Origin: Macrostomum lignano | Taxonomy: Eukaryota | Direction of reading: 5' to 3' | Length of the DNA stretch: 64,000 nucleotides | Assembly (NCBI GenBank): GCA_002269645.1 | Contig: NIVC01001778.1 | Span: 124,001-188,000 of the forward strand | Shown: positions 49,550 to 62,360 of the stretch, one piece after another | How the letters are laid out: every line of letters begins with the position of its first letter | Numbering within the stretch: position 1 is the first letter of the stretch | The notes under the pieces: generated by a model | Database searches by the model: none | What the model was told of the DNA's origin: nothing | The model's input: only the letters and a program-made list of their open reading frames with translations | Program-made: the position numbers and the translations under genes

Positions 49550-50155
49550 CTGCCTACCCAACTCTAGGTCTCCTGTCTACCCAACTCTCGGTCTTCTGTC
49601 TACCAAACTCTCAGTCTCCTATCTACCCAACTCTCAGTCTCCTATCTACCCAACTCTCAGTCTCCTATCTACCCAACTCTCAGTCTCCTGTCTACCACCC
49701 AACTCTCAGTCTCCTATCTACCCAACTCTCAGTCTCCTATCTACCCAACTCTCAGTCTCCTATCTACCCAACTCTCAGTCTCCTATCTACCAACTCTCAG
49801 TCTCCTATCTACCCAACTCTCAGTCTGCTATCTACCCGACTCTCAGTCTCCTATCTACCCAACCCTCGGTCTTCTGTCTACCAAACTCTCAGTCTCCTAT
49901 CTACCCAACTCTCAGTCTCCTATCTACCCAACTCTCAGTCTCCTATCTACCCAACTCTCAGTCTCCTATCTACCCAACTCTCAGTCTCCTGTCTACCACC
50001 CAACTCTCAGTCTCCTATCTACCCAACTCTCAGTCTCCTATCTACCCAACTCTCAGTCTCCTATCTACCCAACTCTCAGTCTGCTATCTACCCAACTCTC
50101 AGTCTCCTATCTACCCAACTCTCAGTCTCCTATCTATCCAACTCTCAGTCTCCCA
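49550..50155. repeat. 23-bp minisatellite, reverse complement of the 24135-24720 array
   Basis: Unit AACTCTCAGTCTCCTATCTACCC. Confidence 0.95.
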
Positions 50156-50739
50156 TCAGCCTTGAGCATTCGGCAGTTTACTCACTCGGAGTCTCCGACA
50201 ACGCGAATCCGAAATTCGACTCCGCCCCAGGCCAGCCGCCTTCGCAATCAACCGAGAGATCGGATCAGCCCTGATCAAAGCCCAACCCCTCCTCCCCTAA
50301 GCGACACGATTTGGGAAATATTTCCCCAATCGTCTTCTTCAAGACCTGCCGCGTGTCACGCGCTACTCGGGGGGTTTCTACTCAACAGAAAAAATCAGGA
50401 CCCCAGGCTAATTATCTCACAGCCTTCTCCCTCATCTTTGCCGGGGTTGAAAAAATCTGACAATGAAGTGAGGAAGCGAGCATGGGGAATTTTCGACGTT
50501 TTCAGCGCGCTGAGACTCGGACAGACAGACAGACTGGTGGAGGACAGATTTGGAGATCGAGCGTGTTGAGAAAGATTAGCGCAGGCCCTAATTAGCTTTG
50601 TCGCCTATTAAAGCTGGGCGAGTTTTTATTTGGTTCGAAGCTCAAAGTTATGACCGGCTTAAACTATGGCTGACACTCTCGCCTGCTCTCTGCTCCCTCA
50701 CCTGATTCCTGTGCGCCGCAGTCTCTGCTTTCCCCGTGC

Positions 50740-51640
50740 TCCCTTCTCCTTCTCTTCTCCTCTCTCCTCTCTCCTCTCCTCCTTTCTCCTCTCTCCTCTC
50801 TCCTCTCTCCTCTCCTCCTTTCTCCTCTCTCCTCTCTCCTCTCTCCCTCACTTCTCTTCTCTCTTCTCTCCTCTCTCCTCTCTCCTCTCACCTCTCTCCT
50901 CTCACTTCTCTCCTCTCAATTCTCTCCTCTCACCTCTCTCTCTCCTCTCACCTCTCTCCTCTCACCTCTCTCCTCTCACCTCTCACCTCTCTCCTCTCTC
51001 TTCTCTCTTCTCACCTCTCTCTCTCCTCTCACCTCTCTCCTCTCACCTCTCTCCTCTCTCCTCCAGTGGAGTAGCCAGGGGGGGGGGTGGGGTTGGGCGC
51101 GGCGGATACCAAAAACCAGGAGGCAAATGAGTGCCTGCGGCGCCAAAATGAGTGCCTGCGGCGCCAAAATGAGTGCCTGCGGCGCTAAAATGAGTGCCTG
51201 CGGCGCCAAAATGAGTGCCTGCGGCGCCAAAATGAGTGCCTGCGGCGCCAAAATGAGTGCCTGCGGCGCCAAAATGAGTGCCTGCGGCGCCAAAATGAGT
51301 GCCTGTGGCGCCAAAAGTGGCAATGGCATAAGGCATGGCCAGCCAGGCCAACCCGCCCCCCCCCCCAATTGAAATTCCTGGCTACGCTACTGCTCTCCTC
51401 TCTCCTCTCACCTCACTCATCTCTCATCTTTCTCTCTCCTCTCTCCTCTCCTCTCCCATTTCACATCTCACCTTTATCCTCTCTCCTCTCACCTCTCTCA
51501 TCTCTCATCTTTCTCTCTCCTCTCTCCTCTCCTCTCCCATTTCACATCTCACCTTTATCCTCTCTCCTCTCACCTCTCCTCCTCAATCCTCTCTCTCCTC
51601 CATCATCTCTTCTCTCTCCTTTATCCCTCCTCTATCCGCC
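50740..51640. repeat. CT-rich simple repeat interrupted by a MITE
   Basis: CTCTCCT/CACCT units on both sides of 51064-51392. Confidence 0.9.
51064..51392. mobile_element. hAT-like MITE (329 bp) carrying an internal 21-bp tandem array
   Basis: TIRs CAGTGGAGTAGCCAGG / CCTGGCTACGCTACTG (14/16); 8-bp TSD CTCTCCTC (51056-51063, 51393-51400); internal ATGAGTGCCTGCGGCGCCAAA about 9 times. Confidence 0.7.
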
Positions 51641-52199
51641 CCATCACACCGAGAGGATCAACTCCAAAGCAAGCACTAGGGCAATACCGATCGAAAATCG
51701 GGCGAGATTTAAGAACTGCCGCTTGAAAGTTGACCAGCCATGCAGCCCCCCAAAACGCGGTTTTTCATCAGTTCCACTCGCTTTCCTCCTGACCCCGGCG
51801 CGGCCGCCGCCTTATAACCCCCCGCCGAGCCCAAAGTCATTAGCCCACCGCAGCCGCCACCCCCACCCCCGCTGCCTCAGGTGCTAATTGTTTCCTAATG
51901 ATTATTTGCTCACTTGCCCATAACCGCTTTACCGTTCGGCACTCACTTCAAGTTTCCACACGCGGGATTCGTCACACTTGCCAATTTCTCACATCTCGGA
52001 ACTTGAAAATCTTTTTCGAACTAAGAAAAATTGATTTTATAAGCTCGTTCAGGTGTTGGAAATTTTTCAAAGGACCCGTCATTAGGGAAAGCAATTTGCG
52101 GTTAAGGGATTTTTTAGAGTTAGCAGCAAACTTTTTGGAACCCTCTCTGCCCGCGATCAAAGCGATCAAAATTGAATCAAGGAACCGAAAATAGACGTT

Positions 52200-52509
52200 A
52201 GGGAGTAGAGAGCAGTGAGAAGGAGAGAGTAGACAGTAGACAGACAGCAGAGAGAGGACAATAAACAGTAGACAGTAGACATTAGACAGTAGACACTGAG
52301 AGTAGACAGTTGAGAGTAGACACTGAGAGTAGACAGTTGAGAGTAGACAGTAGACAGTTGAGAGTTGAGAGTAGACAGTAGAGAGTAGACAGTAGACAGT
52401 AGACAGTTAAGAGTTGAGAGTAGACAGTTGAGAGTTGAGAGTAGACAGTAGACAGTAGAGAGTAGACAGTTGAGAGTTGAGAGTAGACAGTAGAGAGTAG
52501 ACAGTCGAA

Positions 52510-52543
<34 letters not shown>

Positions 52544-52579
52544 GAGTAGACAGTAGACAGTAGATAGTTGAGAGTTGAG

Positions 52580-52620
<41 letters not shown>

Positions 52621-53050
52621 GAGTAGACAGTAGACAGTAGATAGTTGAGAGTTGAGAGTAGACAGTAGAGAGTAGACAGTAGAGAGTAGACAGTAGACAG
52701 TAGATAGTTGAGAGTTGAGAGTAGACAGTAGACAGTAGAGAGTAGACAGTAGAGAGTAGACAGTAGAGAGTAGACAGAAGAGAGTAGAGAGTAGACAGAA
52801 GAGAGTAGAGAGTAGACAGAAGAGAGTAGAGAGTAGACAGAAGAGAGTAGAGAGTAGACAGAAGAGAGTAGAGAGTAGACAGAAGACAGTAGAGAGTAGA
52901 CAGTAGACAGTAGAGAGTAGACAGTAGACGGTAGAGAGTAGACAGTAGAGAGTAGAGAGTAGACAGTAGAGAGTCGACAGTAGACAGTAGAGAGTAGACA
53001 GTAGACAGTAGACAGTAGAGAGTAGACAGTAGAGAGTACAGAGTAAATAG
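52200..53050. repeat. 7-bp GTAGACA/GTAGAGA microsatellite
   Basis: Direct reading. Confidence 0.93.
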
Positions 53051-53489
53051 TTGAGAGTAATGTCACAAAGCTATTGCATTATCGCAGTTGGCCAGTGGTA
53101 AAAGCCAGTGACAAGCTAAATTCAATCCAGTTTTTATCAGTTCAGATCGTGGCAGTCCTGTTTCCCAAGCTCGCCCCGAAAATGGAAAGTTGAGTCAGTT
53201 TAACAACATTTCTGACTGCCCAACAAAAACCCAAATTCTTCAGTCTGTTCCCGAATTTCGCTTTGAAGGTGAAATGGAAAGTTAATTGAAAACGAAAAGT
53301 TTCCATTTTTTTCGTTTCCCTGCTCCAGTTGAGATGCAGTGAAAAAATAAGCGAAATTAGGCTTGCACAGGGACCGAGCCAGGACTTCTGGATGAGAAGC
53401 CTGGACTGGATCGGCAACCGGGAAAGTAAAAGCGTCAAAAAGCGGAAATTTCGCCTACAATTTTGCCTAAATGACACTCATGGTTGTGG

Positions 53490-53865
53490 AAGTAGAGAGT
53501 AGAGAGCAGAGAGTAGAGAGTAGAGAGTAGAGAGTAGAGAGTAGAGAGTAGAGAGTAGAGAGTAGAGAGTATAGAGCAGAGAGTAGAGAGCAGAGAGCAG
53601 AGAGTAGAGAGTAGAGAACAGAGAGTAGAGAGCAGAGATCAGAGAGTAGAGAGCAGAGAGTAGAGAGCAGAGAGTAGAGGGCAGAGAGTAGAGAGCAGAG
53701 AGTAGAGAGTAGAGAGCAGAGAGTAAAGAGCAGAGTAGAGAGCAGAGAGTAGAGAGTAAAGAGCAGAGAGTAAAGAGCAGAGTAGAGAGCAGAGAGTAGA
53801 GAGTAGAGAGTAGGGAGCAGAGAGTAGATAGTAGAGAGCAGAGAGTAGTGAGCAGAGAGTAAAGA
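53490..53865. repeat. 7/14-bp GCAGAGA-GTAGAGA repeat
   Basis: Direct reading. Confidence 0.92.
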
Positions 53866-54889
53866 GCATTTGTTATACGGGTAACTTTCCAACAAAACCC
53901 AGTTTCCAATCTGGAATCCTACACAGTGGTCCCCGAACAGATATATTTTCGTTGAATTGGTTTTTTGACTCCGTTTTTTTACTGCGCAAATCTTTTTTTG
54001 TGATAGCGTGCAGCACTGCGGCTTCTTACAACGGCAGGTATTCAGTCAGCAAATCAAGATGGTTAATTATTTTAGACGCTTTTTGCTTCGCTCCAAAGTT
54101 TTGCACGCAAATGTTCCCGCGGTGGTCAGAAAGTCATTCAAAATAGCTTTGTATGCACACTATAACAACTTCTGCTAAATGTTCGATAATTATTCATCGA
54201 ACAGGAGGAGGCAGATTGAATCAGTTGATTTCGGCAAATCTGTCTCTCAACTTACCTGTCCGCGAGGAATATTGCTTGCTAATAATAATAATTATAATGC
54301 TTTCTTAACACGATAGAAGCGCGGAGGCTGGGGCTCGACAATTTGATGAAGCATAACGATAGGAAGACGATTCTGGAGGCAGGTCCATCCATCTCAGTTA
54401 ATTTAGGCCCCCAGGCAGATTGTCGCATTCAGGTGGCAAAGCACTTCAAAAGATTTGCTAGCTTTTTATGCGCATACTATAACAAAACACAACAATAGCG
54501 GCTTCTGTGGTGGTGATGAGGCGTGACCAAGGTAGAGTGGAGTCTGGGAATGTAGCGTGTTACTCTTTTGATTTCGGGTGACAAAAATTCCATTATAGGG
54601 CGAGCGCAAGGTTCGATTGTTGTTATCAGTTGAAATTAGCTCAGACATCTGGAGGCTGACGGGCAGACAGGCAGGTCAGACATTTCACAGCTGGACTCAA
54701 CTTGGAGATTAAATGCCATTAGGCAAGTAGAGCACAGAGGCGCTGGGTGTGTCGTGCGACCTTTGGCTGCGTTGTTCATTGGTTTCCTTTTGTGAGCCAT
54801 TAGCCTGGCTAATTGAGATTGAGAATCTGTTCAAAGCTTGGAGACTCGAGTGTGGCTTTTTTACTGATTTAGGCTGCATTAAAACTACA

Positions 54890-55500
54890 GTGACTGAGAA
54901 GAAAGAAGAGTGACTGAGAAGAAAGTAGAGTGACTGAGAAGAAAGTAGAGTGACTGACGAGACAGTAGAGTGACAGAGGAGACAGTAGAGTGACAGGGGA
55001 GGCAGTAAAGTGACAGGGGAGACAGTAGAGTGACAGAGGAGACAGTAGAGTGACAGGGGAGGCAGTAAAGTGACAGGGGAGACAGTAGAGTGACAGGGGA
55101 GACAGTAGAGTGACAGGGGAGACAGTAGAATGACAGGGGAGACAGTAGAGTGACAGGGGAGACAGTAGAGTGACTGAGGAGACAGTAGAGTGACAGGGGA
55201 GACAGTAGAGTGACAGGGGAGACAGTAGAGTGACTGAGGAGACAGTAGAGTGACAGGGGAGACAGTAGAGTGACAGGGGAGACAGTAGAGTGACTGAGGA
55301 GACAGTAGAGTGACAGGGGAGACAGTAGAGTGACAGGGGAGACAGTAGAGTGACAGGGGAGACAGTAGAGTGACTGAGGAGACAGTAGAGTGACAGGGGA
55401 GACAGTAGAGTGACTGAGGAGACAGTAGAGTGACAGGGGAGACAGTAGAGTGACGGAGAAGACAGTAAAGAGATGGGAAAGAAAGCAGAGTGACAGAGCA
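54890..55500. repeat. 20-bp minisatellite
   Basis: Unit GACAGTAGAGTGACAGGGGA. Confidence 0.94.
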
Positions 55501-56019
55501 GTCAAGCAAATGCTCCAGCAGAGAGCAGCTTCAAAGTATGGAGCACACCACTTTTAGAAGATGCCAAGATGAAAGAAGCTGGAAGCAGAAAGCTCACAGA
55601 GGCCAGAGAGAGAGATATATATATAACGCAGGAAAAATGCGTTGGAAACAAAGGATAAGCAAAGAAAAATGAAGGGCCTATGCATAGTGGAAGATTCGTT
55701 CTGACAGAGATTACAGGCTTACAAATACGGTCAACACTCGGTCCGTAACGAAGTTGTCAGCTTTTTCTTGGGAAAACATCGACTTATTATTGAATCAGGG
55801 CGATACTCTCTCTGTTGCTAAGTTAATTCTTTTACAGCCTTGGGGCCTTTGGTTCAAGGGGGTGTATGAGTCTTCTGGTCTCAATGTGCAGGGGTCCAGT
55901 GTTTACTGCCAAAGTTGAAAGTGATGTCTTGTGACAGAAAATATTGGGCATGAAAGCGTCAAAGAAAAACCTGAATAATGATAGGGCTATGAAGAACAGA
56001 AAATCATTAAGTAGCTTCC

Positions 56020-56760
56020 GTGTCAATGATTCAGCAGCCTCAGTGTCAATGATTCAGCAGCCTCAGTGTCTATGATTCAGCAGCCTCAGTGTCAATAATT
56101 CAGCAGCCTCAGTGTCAATGATTCAGCAGCCTCAGTGTCAATGATTCAGCAGCCTCAGTGCCAATGATTCAGCAGCCTCAGTGTCAATGATTCAGCAGCC
56201 TCAGTGTCAATGATTCAGCAGCCTCAGTATCAATGATTCAGCAGCCTCAGTGTCAATGATTCAGCAGCCTCAGTGTCAATGATTCAGCAGCCTCAGTGTC
56301 AATGATTCAGCAGCCTCAGTGTCAATGATTCAGTAGCCTCAGTGTCAATGATTCAGCAGCCTCAGTGCCAATGATTCAGCAGCATCAGTGTCTATGATTC
56401 AGCAGCCTCAGTGTCAATGATTCAGCAGCCTCAGTGTCTATGATTCAGCAGCCTCAGTGTCAATAATTCAGCAGCCTCAGTGTCAATGATTCAGCAGCCT
56501 CAGTGTCAATGATTCAGCAGCCTCAGTGTCAATGATTCAGCAGCCTCAGTGTCTATGATTCAGCAGCCTCAGTGCCAATGATTCAGCAGCCTCAGTGTCA
56601 ATGATTCAGCAGCCTCAGTATCAATGATTCAGCAGCCTCAGTGTCAATGATTCAGCAGCCTCAGTATCAATGATTCAGCAGCCTCAGTATCAATGATTCA
56701 GCAGCCTCAGTGCCAATGATTCAGCAGCCTCAGTATCAATGATTCAGCAGCCTCAGTGTC
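56020..56760. repeat. 23-bp minisatellite, about 32 copies
   Basis: Unit TGTCAATGATTCAGCAGCCTCAG. Confidence 0.96.
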
Positions 56761-57404
56761 CAAGAATCATGTTAGAAAGCATCTAACTACGGGGAATCTG
56801 ATAGATTATTAATATTCAGAATCAGATTTATCGCCAGCCCTACACCAGAGCTAACTTGTGTGCGTGTTGGGGCTCGGGTCCAAGGCGCACAGATGTAACT
56901 GCAGATCCGGCATGTAGATCTATTATCATTTGAAATCGTGTTTCGAATGAAGCGCAACACAGAGCCAGAGGGGCCAATGACTGTGGCAGTTCTCAAGTTA
57001 CCCTTCTCAAATCTATAAATGAAATTGTCTTTGTAGCGAATACTCTTTGTCTTAGTCTTTGTATTTCGTGACTTTGTGCTTTTAAAGAATTTTACAATAC
57101 GATAACGGGAGCACGCAAAAGCAATGAAAGCTGATATCTGTTATGTGTGCTGTCAGCCAGGTAAGAACAGAATTTCTTCTTTACAAACTCGGGTCCAAAG
57201 CTAATTATGCTGTCAGAGCGGGGTGCTCTGTGTGGAGACACGGTTGTGCTAACATGCTCACGGTATAGGCTCATCTGTCCTTGAATCTGCTGGCGAAGCT
57301 CGAAAAAGATTAACAAAAAACTTCACTTGCTTCTATAAACATAGTAGACAGTGAGACAGTCTCCGAGTTTGAAGCTGGAGTCGGAGATGAGGCAGATTAT
57401 TTGA

Positions 57405-58110
57405 GATGGGGATGGATTTAGGGATGGAGATGGGGATGGGGATGGGGATCGAGATGGGGATGGGGATGGGGATGGGGATGGGGATGGGGATGGGGATGGG
57501 ATGGGGATCGAGATGGGGATGGGGATGGGGATGGGGATGGGGATGGGAATGGGGATGGGGATGGGAATGGGGATGGGGATGGGATGGGGATCGAGATGGG
57601 GATGGGGATGGGGATGGGGATGGGGATGGGGATGGGGATGGGGATGGGATGGAGATAGAGATGGGGATGGGGATGGGGATGGGGATGGGGATGGGGATGG
57701 GGATGGGAATGGGGATGGGGATGGGATGGAGATAGAGATGGGGATGGGGATGGGATGGGGATGGGGATGGGGATGGGGATGGGGATGGGGATGGGGATGG
57801 GGATGGGATGGGGATGGGGATGGGATGGAGATAGAGATGGGGATGGGGATGGGGATGGGGATGGGGATGGGGATGGGAATGGGGATGGGGATGGGATGGG
57901 GATCGAGATGGGGATGGGGATGGGGATGGGGATGGGGATGGGAATGGGGATGGGGATGGGATGGAGATAGAGATGGGGATGGGGATGGGGATGGGGATGG
58001 GGATGGGATGGGGATGGGGATGGGGATGGGATGGAGATAGAGATGGGGATGGGATAGGGATGGGGATGGGGAATGGAGATTGGGATAAAGATAGAGATGG
58101 GGATGGAGAA
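57405..58110. repeat. (GGGGAT)n G-rich microsatellite
   Basis: Direct reading; internal GGATGGAGATAGAGAT and GGGATCGAGAT variants recur. Confidence 0.95.
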
Positions 58111-58484
58111 ACTAAAAAAAGTAAACAGCTGGAAATTCACCCGTCAAAGACACAAAACTCTGACTCGCCTGACTTCATGCGCTTCAGCGCAAAACAAGCA
58201 GCCGAGCTGAACACATGGGGCATGAGAAACGAGCTCATTTTTATCAGAATCCGAAAGCCGTCAAAAACTGGTATTGCACTGTATAGCATGAATTCTACAA
58301 TACTACTGGGGATGTGCTAAACACACTACTTACAAGATAGCAAATGAGTAGTATATAGGGAGCATACGCATTGGGTTATTATTTTTGTAATACATTTTGC
58401 ATATAGCCTTGAATAATGGATTTGTAGTTGCTTTCAGAGTAAAAGCGTAATAAGTTACTGCAAATTACTATGGCAGACATCCCA

Positions 58485-58955
58485 TCTGACAAGAAACATC
58501 TCAAAGACACCTCTGACACAGACATCTCAAAGACACCTCTGACACAGACATCTCAAAGACACCTCTGACACAGACATCTCAAAGACACCTCTGACAACAG
58601 ACATCTCAAAGACACCTCTGACACAGACACCTCAAAGTCACCTCTGACACAGACATCTCAAAGTCACCTCTGACACAGACATCTCAAAGACACCTCTGAC
58701 ACAGATATCTCAAAGACAACCCTGACACAGACATCTCAAAGACACCTCTGACACAGACATCTCAAAGACATCTCTGACACAGGCATCTCAAAGACACCTC
58801 TGACACAGACATCTCAAAGACACCTCTGACACAGACACCTCAAAGTCACCTCTGACACAGACATCTCAAAGACACCTCTGACACAGACATCTCAAAGACA
58901 CCTCTGACACAGACATCTCAAAGACATCTCTGACACAGACATCTCATCTGACACA
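58485..58955. repeat. 26-bp minisatellite just 3' of the TRPM stop
   Basis: Unit ACACAGACATCTCAAAGACACCTCTG. Confidence 0.94.
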
Positions 58956-58979
58956 GGCATGTGTCCCTCCAACAGAAAT

Positions 58980-59571
58980 TTATTCAGGTAAGTCCAAAGC
59001 TGACTGGAACTGGCTTCCATCGCCCGTAGCATCCTCTGAAGAACTTTCCGTCGCGTGAACCTGCAGCTGGTAGTTTGGTGGCGGAGGGACTTCCAACGTT
59101 TGCTGCTGCTGCTGCTGTTGTTGTTGCAGAATCTTCTCCAGCATCGAGCGCAGGTCTTTCATCTGATCGTCCAACGAGGCCAAACGTCGTTCCACCGCTT
59201 GAATCGGCGGCTGCTGCTGCTGCAGCTGCTCAGCCGGCGTCGCCGCCGCCGCAGTCTCCCCGGTTGACTCGGTGAAGTGCCGACTTCGATTCGACTTCAC
59301 CAAACCCAGGTAGAGTTCGGCTCGTTTCGATCGCATAGCAACGGCCTGGACAGCCAGGTAGTAGACGAACTTTAACACGGCGGACTCTCTGCGGACTCCG
59401 CGCAGACGGCGAAGCATCGTGGCGCGGTGACGACCCAGTCTGGTGTTGTGAAGGCAGCGAGGCGCCCGCAGTCGTTGCAGCAGCAGGTAGACGGCCTGCA
59501 GGATGTTCAGCGGTGGCGGCAAGGCCAGACGACGTTGAAATTCTTCGACGGTGTAGTGACGACTGTAGTAC
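58980..59571 (-). CDS. TRPM: TRPM channel, last exon (TRP domain, coiled coil, polyQ tail)
   Basis: Acceptor CTCAACCAG; TG|G completes W of WYYSRHYTVEEFQRRLALPPPLNIL (TRP box and LPPP motif); coiled coil VERRLASLDDQMKDLRSMLEKIL; TAA at 58980. Confidence 0.85.
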
Positions 59572-59632
59572 CTGGTTGAGAAGGGGTTCGGGTGTTCCTA
59601 TGTCACGCGTGGGTCGAAGCTGGGTCGAGTTT

Positions 59633-59891
59633 GGTCAAGGATGGGTCAAGGATGAGCCAAGGATGGGTCAAGGATGGGTCAAGGATGGGTCAAGGATGGG
59701 TCAAGGATGGGTCAAGGATGGGTCAAGGATGGGTCAAGGATGGGTCAAGGATGGGTCAAGGATGGGTCAAGGATGGGTCAAGGATGGGTCAAGGATGGGT
59801 CAAGGATGGATCAAGGATGGGTCAAGGATGGGTCAAGGATGGGTCAAGGATGGATCAAGGATGGGTCAAGGATGGGTCAAGGATGGGTCAA
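59633..59891. repeat. 11-bp intronic minisatellite, about 23 copies
   Basis: Unit GGGTCAAGGAT. Confidence 0.96.
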
Positions 59892-59913
59892 GCACAAACC
59901 AAAAGACTCTCAC

Positions 59914-60488
59914 CACACCGATGTGCTATTCCCGTGGATCTGGTCAACAGTCTTGCTGAACAGGGCAATCAGCAAGTTCAACAGCAGCACGTTGGTGACC
60001 AGGATGAACAGGAAGTTCAGCGCGGTCGGCACCAGAACCCGACCGATTTCGTGTGGACAGCCGGCCTCCTCGCAGGCGAGTCCTTTGAGCTCTTCGACAA
60101 AGAACTCGCCTACGGTGATGTAGAAGGCCTTCTCGATGAGGTTGACCCACACGCGCTGCATCTCCCAGCGGCTGCTGTGAAGGTCCTCACAAGTCTCGTT
60201 ACCCTTAGCCGCGGGCGCAGACCTGCGCTGATAGTAGCCGTTGGGGTACAGCAGCGACTGCAGCGAGACGCCGAAGGCGGCCATGAAGATGCCGAGAACG
60301 AGCAGGAATGGCAGCAAATCGGTGACGAGCATCTCGCAGATCATGCGAATTTTCGGCCCGATGGCCTTGAAGATGACGGCGTAGAACAGGAGGCGGCAGT
60401 ACAGCAGGAACAGGCAGACGCAGTACAGAACTCTGATCCAGTAGTACCGGCTGTCCACGAAATCTGGGACGCAGGACATACGCTCCAC
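59914..60488 (-). CDS. TRPM: TRPM channel exon: S4, S4-S5 linker, S5, pore, S6
   Basis: RLLFYAVIFKAIGPKIRMICEMLVTDLLPFLLVLGIFMAAFGVSLQSLLYP...FYITVGEF...NVLLLNLLIALFSKT; acceptor ACTCCCAG, donor TG|GTGAGA. Confidence 0.92.
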
Positions 60489-60553
60489 CTGGGAGTCGTA
60501 TGGGATTGGAAGGAAAGATGTAGAATTGGGGAACTTTTTCTGGAAAGATTGAA

Positions 60554-61059
60554 GTGTCAGAGACTGTTCTAGGGTGTCAGAGACTGTTCTAGGGTGTCAG
60601 AGACTGTTCTAGGGTGTCAGAGACTGTTCTAGGGTGTCAGAGACTGTTCTAGGGTGTCAGAGACTGTTCTAGGGTGTCAGAGACTGTTCTAGGGTGTCAG
60701 AGACTGTTCTAGGGTGTCAGAGACTGTTCTAGGGTGTCAGAGACTGTTCTAGGGTGTCAGAGACTGTTCTAGGGTGTCAGAGACTGTTCTAGGGTGTCAG
60801 AGACTGTTCTAGGGTGTCAGAGACTGTTCTAGGGTGTCAGAGACTGTTCTAGGGTGTCAGAGACTGTTCTAGGGTGTCAGAGACTGTTCTAGGGTGTCAG
60901 AGACTGTTCTAGGGTGTCAGAGACTGTTCTAGGGTGTCAGAGACTGTTCTAGGGTGTCAGAGACTGTTCTAGGGTGTCAGAGACTGTTCTAGGGTGTCAG
61001 AGACTGTTCTAGGGTGTCAGAGACTGTTCTAGGGTGTCAGAGACTGTTCTAGGGTGTCA
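60554..61059. repeat. Perfect 20-bp intronic minisatellite, about 25 copies
   Basis: Unit AGACTGTTCTAGGGTGTCAG with no visible variants. Confidence 0.98.
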
Positions 61060-61095
61060 CTCTCGGACAGTCCAAGATTAGTAACCAACGCTAAC

Positions 61096-61755
61096 CTCCG
61101 CTCCGGTGGTGAGGTCGAGTCCCAGCTTGGCAAAGAAGCCCAGGTAAAACAGGCCAATGCTCGCCAGATCCATCACGTTCCACATGTCGCCAAGGTAGAT
61201 TAGCGGACTTTTACAATTGCGACACTCGATGGCCTCCTCGACAACCAGGCCGACAAACCAGACTGCTATGAGAGTCTCCAGACGGTTCAGTCTCGAGTGG
61301 AAATGGAAGAGCACAGTGCTAGTGAGCAGGGCCAGCAGCACCAGGTGTGACAGCAGGTGGTACTGGAACTTCACGGACGGAGAGCTCAGAAACTGGCCGA
61401 GGCTGGACAGTGCTCTGCGCAGATCCGAGCCCGATCTGCAGTCGCTGTCGTCGCCGCGGTCCAGCTCGTTCAGCAGCTCCTCGAGGCCGTGGTCGTTGCT
61501 GGCGAAGCCGACGCCACCGCCGATGCCACCGCCGCTGCTTCTGCCGCTGCCTTCGCCGACTGACTGCGGACCTCGACGACGCCCCAGGTTGCCGCGGGAC
61601 CCGCTGATCGACGGCGGCTCCTCTTCTTCCTCTTCTTCTTCCTCCTGGTTGACTTCGTCGGGAGCATCGGCTCCGGCTTCGGGTTTGTCGTTGAATTGCT
61701 CGTCTCCTTCGACATCCAGTTGGAGCGGCTGATGCCTGTCTTCTGGCGGCGCTGC
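61096..61755 (-). CDS. TRPM: TRPM channel exon: acidic pre-S1 loop, S1-S3
   Basis: FLSSPSVKFQYHLLSHLVLLALL...ETLIAVWFVGLVVEEAIE...YLGDMWNVMDLASI; acceptor CACCACCAG, donor GAG|GTTAGC. Confidence 0.88.
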
Positions 61756-61789
61756 CTGGTGGTGGGGTTGGTTGGGGATTTTAGATTTG

Positions 61790-62085
61790 AGATGGGAATG
61801 GGGATGGGGGTGGGGATGGGGATGGGGATGGGGATGGGGATGGAGATGGGGATGGGGATGGAGATGGGGGCGGCGATGGGGATGGGGATGGGGATGGGGA
61901 TGGGGAAGGGGATGGAGATGGGGATGGGGATGGGGATGGGGGGCGGCGATGGGATGAGGATGGGGATGGGGATGAGGATGGGTTAGAGATGGGGATGGGG
62001 ATGGGGATGGGGTGGGGATGAGGATGGGGATGGGGATGGGGATGGTGATGGGTGATGGAGGATGGGGATGGAGATGGGGATGGAC
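61790..62085. repeat. (GGGGAT)n microsatellite in a TRPM intron
   Basis: Direct reading. Confidence 0.95.
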
Positions 62086-62138
62086 ACATGAAGCAGGCCT
62101 CAAAAAAGCAACACAATAATCAACCACCCTCCCCATAC

Positions 62139-62360
62139 CTCCTCAGACATCCCATCGGATATCAGGACGCCGTCCTTCTGCATGGCTCGGCAGCGTTTCC
62201 TCATCGGCTGATGCGGCTGCTCCCCGCAGTTCCGTTGAATTCCCGGTTGATGACTCAACCGCCAACGCTGCTCCCAGCGTCGTCGCTTGAGCTTGATCAC
62301 AGCGTAGAAGGTGACGACATTCAGCGGCGGCAGCAGAGCCACCGCGGCAAGCAGCTGCCG
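62139..62360 (-). CDS. TRPM: TRPM channel exon (pre-S1 helix)
   Basis: RQLLAAVALLPPLNVVTFYAVIKLKRR...GMSEE; donor GAG|GTATGG; 5' boundary depends on a 41-nt intron. Confidence 0.7.

Noticed and set aside
54700-57350. Possible small minus-strand exons between arrays downstream of TRPM
   Set aside because: Short open frames with no homology or consistent splice chain.
57405-58110. Telomeric or interstitial telomeric repeat
   Set aside because: The unit is GGGGAT, not TTAGGG, and is heavily interrupted.
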